NCBI GenBank assembly: GCA_016699875.1
Contig: CP064989.1
Coordinates: 584,788-648,787, forward strand
From: Candidatus Moraniibacteriota bacterium
Lineage (GTDB): Bacteria > Patescibacteriota > Minisyncoccia > Moranbacterales > UBA1568
Reading direction: 5' to 3'
Length of the DNA stretch: 64,000 bases
Shown piece after piece: positions 54,619-63,899 of this stretch; position 1 is the stretch's first letter; each line of letters begins with the position of its first letter. The notes under the pieces were generated by a model. That model worked only from the letters and a program-made list of their open reading frames with translations. It searched no databases and had not been told where the DNA came from. The position numbers and the translations under genes were made by a program.

Positions 54619-55344
54619 TTATTGCGCATTGTCATACACGGTATCCACATCATCGTGATCATTGAGTCTCTCGAGGAGTAATTCATAGCTAGATCGGTCG
54701 GCTTCGGAAAGTGATATCTGCTCCGTTGGGCGGTGGATAATTGATGAGGATGCCACGATGAGTCCGGTTTTTGCAAGGGCATTTTGCACTAATTGAAGAT
54801 CGGAAGGAGTGGTGTAAATAAAAAGAATGCCTTCTTTCATATCATACTCCGTATCGATGGCGCCGGCCTCTATGGCGGCGAGTTCGGCGGTTTCATAAGA
54901 GCGAGAGTCGATTTCCAGGGCAATCTCTCCGACTTCTTGAAAGAGAAATGAGACTGATCCGGTCGGGACGAACTTCCCTCCATTTTTGGTGAGAATACTT
55001 TTGATCTCGCTGACGGTTCGATTGCGATTCTCGCTCGATGCCTTGATGATGATGGCGACATTGCCAGGACCGAATGCTTCGTAGACAAGCTCATCTATTT
55101 GCACGCCGTCTTTATCGCTGCCGGCCCCCCGTTGTATAGCGCGATCTATGTTTTCCTTCGGCATGTTGTACTCGCGTGCCTTGTCGATAGCGAGACGAAG
55201 TTTGAAATTGGTATCCGGGTTGCCGCCACCTTCGCGCGCCGCGATAGTGATGGGGCGGGCGAGTTTGGTGAATACTTTCGCGCGCTTCGCATCATTGACG
55301 CCTTTTCGGTGTTTGATTCCCGCCCAGTGTGAGTGTCCTGACAT
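54619..55344 (-). CDS. yebC: YebC/PmpR-family transcriptional regulator
   Basis: 'MSGHSHWAGIKHRKGVNDAKRAKVFTKLARPITIAAREGGGNPDTNFKLRLAIDKAREYNMPKENIDRAIQRG'. The track ORF is 5'-extended to 55716. Confidence 0.85.
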   Translation of the reverse strand: MSGHSHWAGIKHRKGVNDAKRAKVFTKLARPITIAAREGGGNPDTNFKLRLAIDKAREYNMPKENIDRAIQRGAGSDKDGVQIDELVYEAFGPGNVAIIIKASSENRNRTVSEIKSILTKNGGKFVPTGSVSFLFQEVGEIALEIDSRSYETAELAAIEAGAIDTEYDMKEGILFIYTTPSDLQLVQNALAKTGLIVASSSIIHRPTEQISLSEADRSSYELLLERLNDHDDVDTVYDNAQ

Positions 55345-55447
55345 ATCGCCTTTCCAAATAAAACCGTTTACTGGCGACAGTGTACCCGCTCCGAGGGGTT
55401 TTTTCAAGGACCAGGCACTGGTTCTCAAGAACACGGGAAGGAAGTCT

Positions 55448-55960
55448 TTACATCTTTGTTTGAGCAATGATCTCTTCTGCCACTTGGTCCGGTGGGTTTT
55501 CGGCATTGATAACAATAGCGCCATTTTTTGTGACACTTTCATTAAATTCTTCAAACCATCGCAGCTCGTTCTCTTTTTCCGAAGGCAATTTTCCGTAATT
55601 GTTATTTGTGCGTAAATCAATTCGCTTGGAAAAGACTTCCGGACTACACTTGAGCAGGAAAAGTTTGTCAAAATAGTGGAGAAAATCATTTTGATTTGCG
55701 CAGGCTCCGAAAACAAAGAGTGGACCTGTCTGATCTTTGAGAAGCTCCGTCAACTTTTCCAGGTCGCAGTACCAGTCATTTTTATCGTAAAACCCCGGAA
55801 CACCCTTTTCTTTTATGTTAGCTTCTTCGCTGGTTTCAATATTTCTCCATTTGCAAAAACCACTGTCCAAGTCTACGGAATTAAGCCCTCTTTTCTTGAA
55901 TGTTTCCGTAAGGGTGGACTTGCCTGTTCCGCTTACACCTGTAATATAGTACTTCTTCAT
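55448..55960 (-). CDS. P-loop NTPase, nucleotide/nucleoside-kinase-like
   Basis: 'MKKYYITGVSGTGKSTLTETF' Walker A at the N-terminus; about 170 aa. Confidence 0.5.
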   Translation of the reverse strand: MKKYYITGVSGTGKSTLTETFKKRGLNSVDLDSGFCKWRNIETSEEANIKEKGVPGFYDKNDWYCDLEKLTELLKDQTGPLFVFGACANQNDFLHYFDKLFLLKCSPEVFSKRIDLRTNNNYGKLPSEKENELRWFEEFNESVTKNGAIVINAENPPDQVAEEIIAQTKM

Positions 55961-56079
55961 AGATTCATGCCATGGCAGATTCCTTGGGGAATCATGGGGT
56001 TCCTGCCGCCTTTGCGGAGTAATCGGAAAATACGCCGCCTGTACCTCGCCATTCTGAATGAGATTGAGGAATCTTACGA

Positions 56080-56709
56080 TCAAGCGTTGCTCTTGTTATT
56101 CTTCTCAGGCGGATTTTTCTTGGCTCCTCGGTGCTGGAAGTTTTCCTCCATAAACTCGATTTCTTCCTGATGCGTGTCGCGCGCCATGTCCATGATGGTG
56201 TCTTTGACGGCGTAGGGATCAGGGATTTTGTGAAACTGGAATCGTTCTTGTTCGCCGGCTGACTGAATGAAGACGTCGCCGTAGTTGAGCATTGATGGGA
56301 AGAACCCCTTTACTTCGCTGGTTGTATCTTGGACGCGAAAGAGATAGAGCTCGCTCATGGATCGGACGAAGAGCCCCTTTTGTTCGATATTGACGATTCG
56401 CTTATTGGTGATGATCCAGACATCGAGGTAGTAGTCTATCCAGATGAGGAAGGCGAAGATCCAGAGGAAAATGAGGAGCACGCTTTCGACAAAGGCGAAG
56501 AATCGTCGATCGAGAGCGGCGAATGCGTCCGGATAAATGAAGAAAAAGAAAACGAATACCGCGAGAACGGCTATGAGACCGAGTACGAAGGGAATAAATT
56601 GCACGAGTATGTTGAACCAGTGACGGTGAATCACATAGAGAATTTCTTCGTCACGATCCTGACCTTCAAAGGAGCAGGTGCGAGTAAGTTCTTTGTTGGG
56701 CGTCATCAT
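56080..56709 (-). CDS. Membrane-flanked bacterial PH-domain (YdbS/DUF304-like) protein
   Basis: Two TM helices ('FIPFVLGLIAVLAVFVFFFFIY', 'VLLIFLWIFAFLIWIDYY') followed by a soluble beta-rich domain. Confidence 0.45.
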   Translation of the reverse strand: MMTPNKELTRTCSFEGQDRDEEILYVIHRHWFNILVQFIPFVLGLIAVLAVFVFFFFIYPDAFAALDRRFFAFVESVLLIFLWIFAFLIWIDYYLDVWIITNKRIVNIEQKGLFVRSMSELYLFRVQDTTSEVKGFFPSMLNYGDVFIQSAGEQERFQFHKIPDPYAVKDTIMDMARDTHQEEIEFMEENFQHRGAKKNPPEKNNKSNA

Positions 56710-56742
56710 AGGAGAGAGGGGCGAGGAAGATTGAGGAACTAT

Positions 56743-57039
56743 CTAGAACGAGCCACCGGCATTACCGGGAAGGGATGGGAAGATCGAAAGTATCGTATCG
56801 AATGGAGTCGAGAGGAAAAGCGCCACATTGACGAACAGTAGTATCGCAGTGCCGGCGCAAAAGATGAGAATGGTGAGTTGAGAAATGCGGCGATTGACGG
56901 AGTAATTTGCGAGGTGAAACACGATGAAAAAACTCGCAAAGAGTATGCCGAGCATGAAGAGTGCGTAGAATGGTCCGACAAGGAGTTTCATGGTCGCATT
57001 ATACCACGAATAACCATATTTACTGAAAACAAAAACCAA
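56743..57039 (-). CDS. Small two-TM membrane protein, hypothetical
   Basis: 98-aa hydrophobic ORF. Confidence 0.35.
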   Translation of the reverse strand: MVFVFSKYGYSWYNATMKLLVGPFYALFMLGILFASFFIVFHLANYSVNRRISQLTILIFCAGTAILLFVNVALFLSTPFDTILSIFPSLPGNAGGSF

Positions 57040-57095
57040 CTTCCTACCGGTGTGGAAGTTGGTTCGAAGATAGTCTCTATCCGAGTTTTTTGAAG

Positions 57096-57647
57096 CTAAG
57101 AGGGAATTTTTGGAGCGTATTTATCTATATCGTCTTGTCTCCAATTCTTCTTTTTAAGGACCTCGTCTCTCAAATAGATTCCGGTTACGCTCGCTATGGT
57201 TGAAAAGTCAATGCCGCGTTCATATACGAAATCTTTCATTTTGCTCACTCGCGGATCGCTTTCCAGGTCACTCGCTATGGCTCTAGAGAGTTCCTGAACA
57301 TCATATGCTGTAGAAGGATTTTTCTTGTCTATTTTCTGATAGAGTTCTTCAATGTTCGAGTCAACAAATTGTTTAGCGCCGCTCTCTTCCAGAGCTTCTA
57401 ACCCTTTATCAGTAAGCGATATAGGACTCTTCCTTTGGAAGAAGGCATTTTGACTGGTTTCAAACTGACCCTCCAATTTGGACAATCTTCCATTAAGGCT
57501 ACATTTTTCTAGCTGGTCTATTTTTTCTGCGTACCGACCGAATTTGTACGTAACAAACGCAAGTGAAGTCAGGAATGACGTTATGACTGATGCAACAATT
57601 GTATATATAGTTTCCGTACTCATAGCCCTTTTCCTAGAGTAAAACAA
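57096..57647 (-). CDS. Hypothetical protein with N-terminal TM anchor
   Basis: 183 aa; 'IYTIVASVITSFLTSLAFVTYKF' anchor, then a helical soluble domain. Confidence 0.4.
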   Translation of the reverse strand: MFYSRKRAMSTETIYTIVASVITSFLTSLAFVTYKFGRYAEKIDQLEKCSLNGRLSKLEGQFETSQNAFFQRKSPISLTDKGLEALEESGAKQFVDSNIEELYQKIDKKNPSTAYDVQELSRAIASDLESDPRVSKMKDFVYERGIDFSTIASVTGIYLRDEVLKKKNWRQDDIDKYAPKIPS

Positions 57648-57717
57648 CGCGTTACTGTGGATAGTTTACAACAGTAAACCAAAAAAGGAAATATGGCAAT
57701 GATTCTGTAGAAATTTC

Positions 57718-58731
57718 TTAAAAAAGTTTGTTTTCATGTCCTTCAGGGGGAGTTGCCCCGAGATGGGAATATGCCTCCGGGGTGACGATGCGGCCTCTCG
57801 GGGTGCGGGCGAGGAGTCCGAGTTGGATCAAGAACGGTTCATAGACATCTTCGATGGTTTCGCGTTCTTCGCTGGTTGCGGCGGCAATGGTTTGGACGCC
57901 GACGGGGCCGCCCGAGAATTTATCGATCATGGTGGAGAGAATGTGCCGGTCGGTCGGTTCGAGTCCGAGGTGGTCTATCTCAAGAAGGGTGAGCGCTTCG
58001 TGCGCGGTGTCACGAGTGATGATTTCGACGTCTCGCGTTTGCGCGTAGTCGCGGACGCGCTTCAGGAGGCGGTTGGCGACGCGCGGCGTGCGCCGGCTCG
58101 CTTGGGCGATGCGTCGAGCGCCGGCGGGGTCGATGCCGATATTGAGTATGCGGCTCGAGCGCGTGAGTATGCGGGCGATTTCTTCTTCGGTATAAAATTC
58201 GAGACGATGCACGGATCCGAATCGGTTTCGAAGCGGATTGGAAATGGACCCGAGTCGGGTTGTAGCGCCGATCAGGGTGAATTTGGGAAGATCGAGTTGG
58301 ATGGTGCGCGCCGATGGGCCTTTGCCGATAATGATGTCGAGCTTGTAGTCTTCCATTGCCGGGTAGAGCACTTCTTCGATGAGCTTGTTGAGGCGATGGA
58401 TTTCGTCGATGAAGAGCACGTCGCCGTTCTCAAGATTGGTGAGGATAGAGCCCAAGTCGCCGACGCGTTCGATAGCGGGGCCGCTCGTCACTTTTATGCC
58501 GACACCCATCTCCTTGGCTATGATATGAGAGAGTGTCGTTTTGCCGAGGCCTGCCGGACCGTAGAAGAGTACGTGCTCGACAGGGTCGCCGCGCTTGCGT
58601 GCCGCCTCGATGAAGATGCCGAGGTTTCGTTTGATCTTCTCTTGCCCGATGTACTCGCCGAACCCTTGCGGGCGAAGCGTTGTGTCGAGGGCGGGATCGT
58701 CGGACGTAGCGGTCGATGAAATGAGGGTCAT
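57718..58731 (-). CDS. ruvB: Holliday-junction branch-migration helicase RuvB
   Basis: '[24 protein letters not shown]' (Walker A), '[10 protein letters not shown]', '[10 protein letters not shown]'; winged-helix C-terminus. The track start at 58821 is probably extended. Confidence 0.9.
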   Translation of the reverse strand: MTLISSTATSDDPALDTTLRPQGFGEYIGQEKIKRNLGIFIEAARKRGDPVEHVLFYGPAGLGKTTLSHIIAKEMGVGIKVTSGPAIERVGDLGSILTNLENGDVLFIDEIHRLNKLIEEVLYPAMEDYKLDIIIGKGPSARTIQLDLPKFTLIGATTRLGSISNPLRNRFGSVHRLEFYTEEEIARILTRSSRILNIGIDPAGARRIAQASRRTPRVANRLLKRVRDYAQTRDVEIITRDTAHEALTLLEIDHLGLEPTDRHILSTMIDKFSGGPVGVQTIAAATSEERETIEDVYEPFLIQLGLLARTPRGRIVTPEAYSHLGATPPEGHENKLF

Positions 58732-58843
58732 AGCGTGTGTTTCACGCCAGTATACCCCCGGTTGACAGAAAATAAAAGCTATGCTACCATTTCCAGTCGC
58801 GCTGTTTTTGCTCATTGACAATTGAAAACGCCCATAAGGGGCT

Positions 58844-58876
58844 GTCAGGAGTTGTCAGTTGTGCGCTGTTTGTCAG
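58844..58876. promoter_or_regulatory. Three direct TGTCAG repeats (58844, 58855, 58871) in the ruvB upstream region, putative operator
   Basis: 'cTGTCAGgagtTGTCAGttgtgcgctgttTGTCAGtgg', seen directly. Confidence 0.3.
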
Positions 58877-59129
58877 TGGCTCAGTATTCATCCCTGCCCG
58901 TCTGTAGACAATTGGGGACTTCTATCTTTTGTCCTCAATCTGGGAGCTTTTGCCAAGATCGGGTGGAAGGGTTTCGGCTCTTCCATTCCTCGACACCGCT
59001 CCTTCCCTCGGGGAAATATCTTCGAGGACTTGTCTACAGGCTGGCGGGGATGTTTTTGTGCCTCGGCTAAATGGTGGCATTGTTGGGTGGCTGAATAGTT
59101 AAATTGCAAGCCCTGCGGGGCGGAGGTGT

Positions 59130-59684
59130 GTGATGAATAGTAAGGAAATTCCAGTGTGGACATTGCTACAAGGACAGGTTTTGTTGAAAACATTCGGAGT
59201 CATTTCCAAGTTTGGCGATGATGATACCGTATGTACAGTGATGGATGACCCGAGGTTTTGCACTTTCCGTGTTCCTCATGAGATAATGTTGGGACATTAC
59301 AATATTCTGGTTTTTGTTGGGCTTATTCCTCAAGGAGGTGTAAGTAATAAGGTAATCCGTTTGGATCAGGAAGTCGCCCCTCGCGCATATGCATATTCAC
59401 CTTTTATAAAAGGCGGTATTTCGACGAGAAAAGGATCTGCAGCATTGTTGGTATCGAATGGAGCACCATTTGATACGACGGTGACCGCTTTTTCTTCTTC
59501 TGAGGAAAGGTTTGTTCAAGGGGAACAGCTTGTGCAGGTTGTTTATCGATCGGTACTTGCTTTTCCGAAAAGAGATGGGAGTGGAACGATTATAACGTTT
59601 CGATATCCAAGTCTTGAACCACAGTATCGATTTGTTCGGTCGCTTCCAAACGAATTGATTATCTGTTCGGCAAGCAGCTACTAG
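59130..59684 (+). CDS. Hypothetical protein, paralog A of a local two-copy family
   Basis: 184 aa; shares 'IPVWTLLQGQ', 'GLIPQGG...VIRLD' and 'EPQYRFVRSLPNELI' with the downstream copy. Confidence 0.45.
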   Translation: MMNSKEIPVWTLLQGQVLLKTFGVISKFGDDDTVCTVMDDPRFCTFRVPHEIMLGHYNILVFVGLIPQGGVSNKVIRLDQEVAPRAYAYSPFIKGGISTRKGSAALLVSNGAPFDTTVTAFSSSEERFVQGEQLVQVVYRSVLAFPKRDGSGTIITFRYPSLEPQYRFVRSLPNELIICSASSY

Positions 59685-59707
59685 CGAGAAATCCGGAGGA
59701 AAGTAAG

Positions 59708-59938
59708 ATGGCAGATCTTTTTTGGGTTTTAGGAGGTGCTCAGGAGATGAGTGAGTCCGTTCGAGCTTGGGAAATTGTACGGAAATCAGACGAGTACGCT
59801 CAAGAGAAGGGCTTTCTCTTCATGAAGAACATGGCAGGTCGCAAGGGGAAGGGTGGCGGCAGGCAGAAAAGTTATAACGGTCGTGGCGTACACGTGCGCA
59901 AGGGGTACGTGGGTCGCCGGAAGATGATGAAAAAGTAG
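59708..59938 (+). CDS. Small basic protein (76 aa, Gly/Arg/Lys-rich C-terminus)
   Basis: ORF between the two paralogs; 'GRKGKGGGRQKSYNGRGVHVRKGYVGRRK'. Confidence 0.35.
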   Translation: MADLFWVLGGAQEMSESVRAWEIVRKSDEYAQEKGFLFMKNMAGRKGKGGGRQKSYNGRGVHVRKGYVGRRKMMKK

Positions 59939-59962
59939 CTTTCAAAAACCGGAGGTAGAAAA

Positions 59963-60527
59963 ATGAGCGAGATTAAGAATATCCCAGCATGGACATTGTT
60001 TCATGGCGAAAATCTGATGGAACGAGAGGCTGTTGTTGATGGGGATCGCGTGCGATTCCTTATCGAGAATAGTGCTTGTTGGAATACCTGTAACTGTCCA
60101 AGAGTTATTGTCCCACAAGGAGAGACACTTGCAGGTCTCCATCTTTTCCTCTGCACGGGGTTCATCCCTCAATATGGCGCAGCAGCTAACGTGCGGCGGT
60201 TTGATCTCTCCAAATACTGCTCTGATCCGGCAGAATCAGGACATGAGAGATTCCGTCACGGAGAACTCTTTACTAGGATTAACTCACGTAACTGCGACAG
60301 GTCTTCCATACGCTGCTGGGGGAGATTTAAAGCTCTCTCCTGACATTAGCGGTACTGGCTTTCGTGATTTTTGGTCTTGTCGTCAACGAGCTTTTCAGAA
60401 AGTCTCTATCTGTGCGCTCGGAATTCCGAATGGTATACGGGTAACGATGTTAGTCTTTGACGAGCATCTTAATCCGGAATACCGAACGATTCGGAGTGCC
60501 CCAGAGGGGTTGTTTATGGAAAAATAG
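59963..60527 (+). pseudogene. Paralog B of the 59130 gene, interrupted by a +1/-1 frameshift near 60195-60215
   Basis: The N-terminal half in the 59963 frame ('IPAWTLFHGE...GFIPQYGAAANVRRFD') and the C-terminal half in the 60033 frame ('GGLISPNTALI...NPEYRTIRSAPEGLF') each align with consecutive parts of paralog A. Confidence 0.5.
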
Positions 60528-60612
60528 CCACAAATAAAAGGACTAGCCTGAACTTTTAAAAAGCCGACGCAGTGCGCCGGCTTTTAACTTTCTCGAGTTC
60601 TTTTGACGTGGC

Positions 60613-63600
60613 TTACAGATGCACCACGCGGAGGACTTCTTCGAGGGAGGTTTCGCCATCGAGGGCCCGTAAGACGCCGTCCATGAGCATGGTGATCATG
60701 CCGTTTCGTATGGCGGCTTCTTCGAGTTCGAGATTGAGAGCGCCGTTCATAATGAGGTGTTGGATGTCCTTGTTGATCTCGAGGACCTCGCTTAAAACGA
60801 GTCGTTTTTTGTATCCGGTGTTGCTGCACTTTTCGCATCCGCCGGCGATCCATTGCTCGTTTGGGATTTCTGGAATGGCGACGCCGGACTTTTCATTGAA
60901 CAATCGCAATACTTTTTCGACGGTCTCGCGAAGTGCGCCGTCGAGTGGTGCGCGCTTCTTGCAGGTGCAGAGCTTGCGGACGAGGCGTTGTGCCATGTAA
61001 GTGCCGCCCGCATTTACGATATCGTCAGGGCGAACGCCCATCGAGATGAGGCGCGGTATGCTTCCGGCGGCATTGTTGGTGTGGAGGGTGGCGATGACGA
61101 GATGGCCCGTGAGTGCCGCCTGGAAGGCGATTTCCGCAGTTTCGTCGTCGCGGATTTCGCCGATCATGACGATGTTGGGATTCTGCCGGAGAAGTGAGCG
61201 GAGTGCGGATGAGAACGTGTATCCGCCTTCTTCGTTCACCTGTGTCTGCAGTATTCCGGAGAGCTGGTATTCGATCGGATCTTCGACGGTGATGATTTTT
61301 GTCTCCGGCGTTTTGACAAAATCAATAAGACTGTACAGTGTCGTCGTCTTGCCACTTCCGGTGGGACCGGTGTTCAAAATGATGCCGGTCGGTTTCTTCA
61401 TGCCGTCCAAAAGATGATGGAGCGTCTGCTCGCGGACGCCGATTGTTTTGATGTCGAGCGCGACGGCGCCGCGGTTCAAGAGTCGCATTACGACGGTCTC
61501 GCCAAAGCCTCCCAGGATGATGGAGACGCGGATGTCGAACTTCTGCTCACTTGTTCCGGCAAGCGGTGATTCGGTCTTGACCATGAAGCGGCTGTCGCGC
61601 ACGCCGGCGCGTTCTTCGGTCTTGAGTCCGGAGAGGAGTTTGATATCTCCCAAAATAGACGGGTATTCGTTCATCGGGAGTGTCGCAACCGTCTGGAGGA
61701 CGCCGTCGATACGAAAACGAATGTCGACGGAATTCTCCTGCGGTTCGATGTGGATGTCGTTGGCGCCGGTCAAGAGGGCTCCGGCGAATACGTACTTGAG
61801 CGCTTCGCGTTGCTCGGCGTTTTCGATGAGTTTTCCGAATCGGTCGAAAGAAACAAGGCTTTCTCGTGTCTCTTTGAGAATGGTGTCGCCGACCGGGAAG
61901 GCTCGGGCGAGTGTTTGTGACATGAGTTGGTCGTAGAGGTCTTCGAGGAATTCGGTTTGTCCGGTGACGCGCCAGACTTCATCGAGTGATGTGTCGCCGC
62001 TCACGGCTTTCAATATGCCATCTTGCGCCATAGTGACCATGCCTTCCTCGAGCGCCTCTTTCATGATGTCGTTTTCGCTCGTGAGCGAGACGATTTTTTC
62101 AGTGATCACATCGGTGAGCGTGAGGACTTCAAAAATGCCGATCCGCCCTTTGTATCCGGTTCCGTTGCAGTGGAGGCAGCCCTTTGGCCGCCAGAGTTTT
62201 TGTATGTCCTTGGGTATGTCTATCTTCGCTTTCGGTGAAATCAGGGAGAGAATTTCTTTGAGAGAATTCGAGGTCTCTTCGGCGGGCTCATATGATTCTT
62301 TGCACTCCGAGCAGAGGATACGGACGAGCCGCTGAGCGATAAAAGCGTTTACGGCGTTCGGAATGGTGTTGGGGCGTACGCCCATCTCAACGAGACGCGC
62401 GACGCTGCCGGCGGCATTGTTGGTGTGCAGTGTCGAGAGGACGAGATGTCCGGTGAGTCCGGCATTTACGGCAATGTTGGCGGTTTCGTCATCGCGAATT
62501 TCGCCGACGAGGATGATATCCGGGTCTTGGCGGACGATGGAGCGAAGACCCATGGCAAAGGTGTAGTTTCGACTCTTCGATACCTGTGTCTGCGTGATAT
62601 TCGGAATTTCGTATTCGATCGGATCTTCGATAGTGATGATTTTCGTCTCGGGAGTATTGAGTTTGCGGAGAATGGCGTAGAGCGTCGTTGTTTTTCCGCT
62701 TCCAGTCGGGCCGGTGTTCAAGACAATGCCGGTCGGTTTTTGAAAAGCGCGCTCGACCTGCTCATAGGCGAGTCCGCGGAGTCCGAGTGTCGAAATATCT
62801 TGGAGAGCGGTTTCTTGATCGAGGAGTCGCATCACGAGGCTCTCGCCGAAGTTTCCTGGAATGCTCGAGACGCGAATGTCTATTTTCCTCGAGTCGAGAT
62901 TGAGCGAGAAATGACCGTCTTGAGATTTATCGCGGATATTCAGCTTCATTTTCCCGAGCATTTTGACGCGCGAAAGGAGAAGAGGATAAATGCTGGCCGG
63001 GAACCGCCCGATGTCTTGAAGAACTCCGTCGATGCGGTAGCGGAGCCGGATTTCGTTTTGCTCTTCCGGTTCGAGATGGATATCGCTCGAACGGAGCTTG
63101 ATCGCGCCGACCATGATGGTCTCGAGAACCTGTGTCGTGGGGATCTCTAAAATTCGGTTCTTGAGTGCAATGAGATTGCCGAATTCTTGCTCGAATGCCG
63201 CGAGGTCGCTGTCGGAAAGATTGACTTTCAGATGATCGAGATAGTCGAGAAAGACCGGCTTTTTGTAAGCATTCCAGGCATGTTCGAGCGAAGGTCGTGA
63301 GGCGACATAGAGCTTCGCGATGAGTCCTTCGCGATCTTCGAGTGCGCGTATATAATCGAGCGCTTTTTGGCGGTTCGGATCAAGAATGGCAATGCGGATT
63401 TCCTTGCCTCTTTTCTGAAAGAGAGAAATGCCGAGCGATGTCGCATCTCCTTCGGGAATGAGCGCGACGCGCTCTGTTTCAATGGGGAAGATGTGCAAGT
63501 CGACATAGGGAAGGCGCGCGCTATGAGCGAGCGCCGCTGCCTCGCCTTCTTCGGAAGAGCGTTTCAGCGTGGTGAGAATCTTGGCGGTTTGTTGTTCGCG

Positions 63601-63651
63601 TTCGGAATGGAAGTTTGCTGTCGAAGCATTGCGAGGGAGCACCTTGACCAT
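60613..63651 (-). CDS. Tandem-fused double GspE/PilB-type secretion ATPase (two complete N-domain + ATPase units in one 1012-aa polypeptide)
   Basis: Unit 1: 'NTGPTGSGKTTTLYAIL', 'ILVGEIRDDETA', 'STLHTNNAAGS', C4 'CSECKESYEP...CLHCNGTG'. Unit 2: 'NTGPTGSGKTTTLYSLI', 'VMIGEIRDDETA', 'ATLHTNNAAGS', C4 'CTCKKRAPLD...CEKCSNTG'. The two units also share long near-identical nucleotide stretches. Confidence 0.85.
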   Translation of the reverse strand: MVKVLPRNASTANFHSEREQQTAKILTTLKRSSEEGEAAALAHSARLPYVDLHIFPIETERVALIPEGDATSLGISLFQKRGKEIRIAILDPNRQKALDYIRALEDREGLIAKLYVASRPSLEHAWNAYKKPVFLDYLDHLKVNLSDSDLAAFEQEFGNLIALKNRILEIPTTQVLETIMVGAIKLRSSDIHLEPEEQNEIRLRYRIDGVLQDIGRFPASIYPLLLSRVKMLGKMKLNIRDKSQDGHFSLNLDSRKIDIRVSSIPGNFGESLVMRLLDQETALQDISTLGLRGLAYEQVERAFQKPTGIVLNTGPTGSGKTTTLYAILRKLNTPETKIITIEDPIEYEIPNITQTQVSKSRNYTFAMGLRSIVRQDPDIILVGEIRDDETANIAVNAGLTGHLVLSTLHTNNAAGSVARLVEMGVRPNTIPNAVNAFIAQRLVRILCSECKESYEPAEETSNSLKEILSLISPKAKIDIPKDIQKLWRPKGCLHCNGTGYKGRIGIFEVLTLTDVITEKIVSLTSENDIMKEALEEGMVTMAQDGILKAVSGDTSLDEVWRVTGQTEFLEDLYDQLMSQTLARAFPVGDTILKETRESLVSFDRFGKLIENAEQREALKYVFAGALLTGANDIHIEPQENSVDIRFRIDGVLQTVATLPMNEYPSILGDIKLLSGLKTEERAGVRDSRFMVKTESPLAGTSEQKFDIRVSIILGGFGETVVMRLLNRGAVALDIKTIGVREQTLHHLLDGMKKPTGIILNTGPTGSGKTTTLYSLIDFVKTPETKIITVEDPIEYQLSGILQTQVNEEGGYTFSSALRSLLRQNPNIVMIGEIRDDETAEIAFQAALTGHLVIATLHTNNAAGSIPRLISMGVRPDDIVNAGGTYMAQRLVRKLCTCKKRAPLDGALRETVEKVLRLFNEKSGVAIPEIPNEQWIAGGCEKCSNTGYKKRLVLSEVLEINKDIQHLIMNGALNLELEEAAIRNGMITMLMDGVLRALDGETSLEEVLRVVHL

Positions 63652-63704
63652 AAACGTGAGACAGAAGAGAAAAGTGTCTCAAGTATATCACGGAATGCCT
63701 CTCA

Positions 63705-63899
63705 TTATCGCGTCGGCGGCAGTGTTTCCAGCATAAGAGTTTCCGCCTCTTCGAGCGATGCGGTCGGGAGCGAAATATCGAGGGTGTTGTTGCGAAGTTT
63801 GGACTCGGGGAAATGTTCTGCGATTTCGGAAAGAAGCGTGTTGGTGTGGCACTTGAGGAGTGCCCGTGTTTTTGACGGCGATTCCGCAGAGAGAATCAT
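63705..63899 (-). CDS. Small hypothetical ORF upstream of the double GspE
   Basis: 64-aa ORF whose ATG overlaps (ATGA) the stop of a minus-strand gene that enters from the window edge. Confidence 0.25.
   Translation of the reverse strand: MILSAESPSKTRALLKCHTNTLLSEIAEHFPESKLRNNTLDISLPTASLEEAETLMLETLPPTR

Noticed and set aside
57736-58719. 327-aa plus-strand ORF
   Set aside because: Antisense to ruvB.
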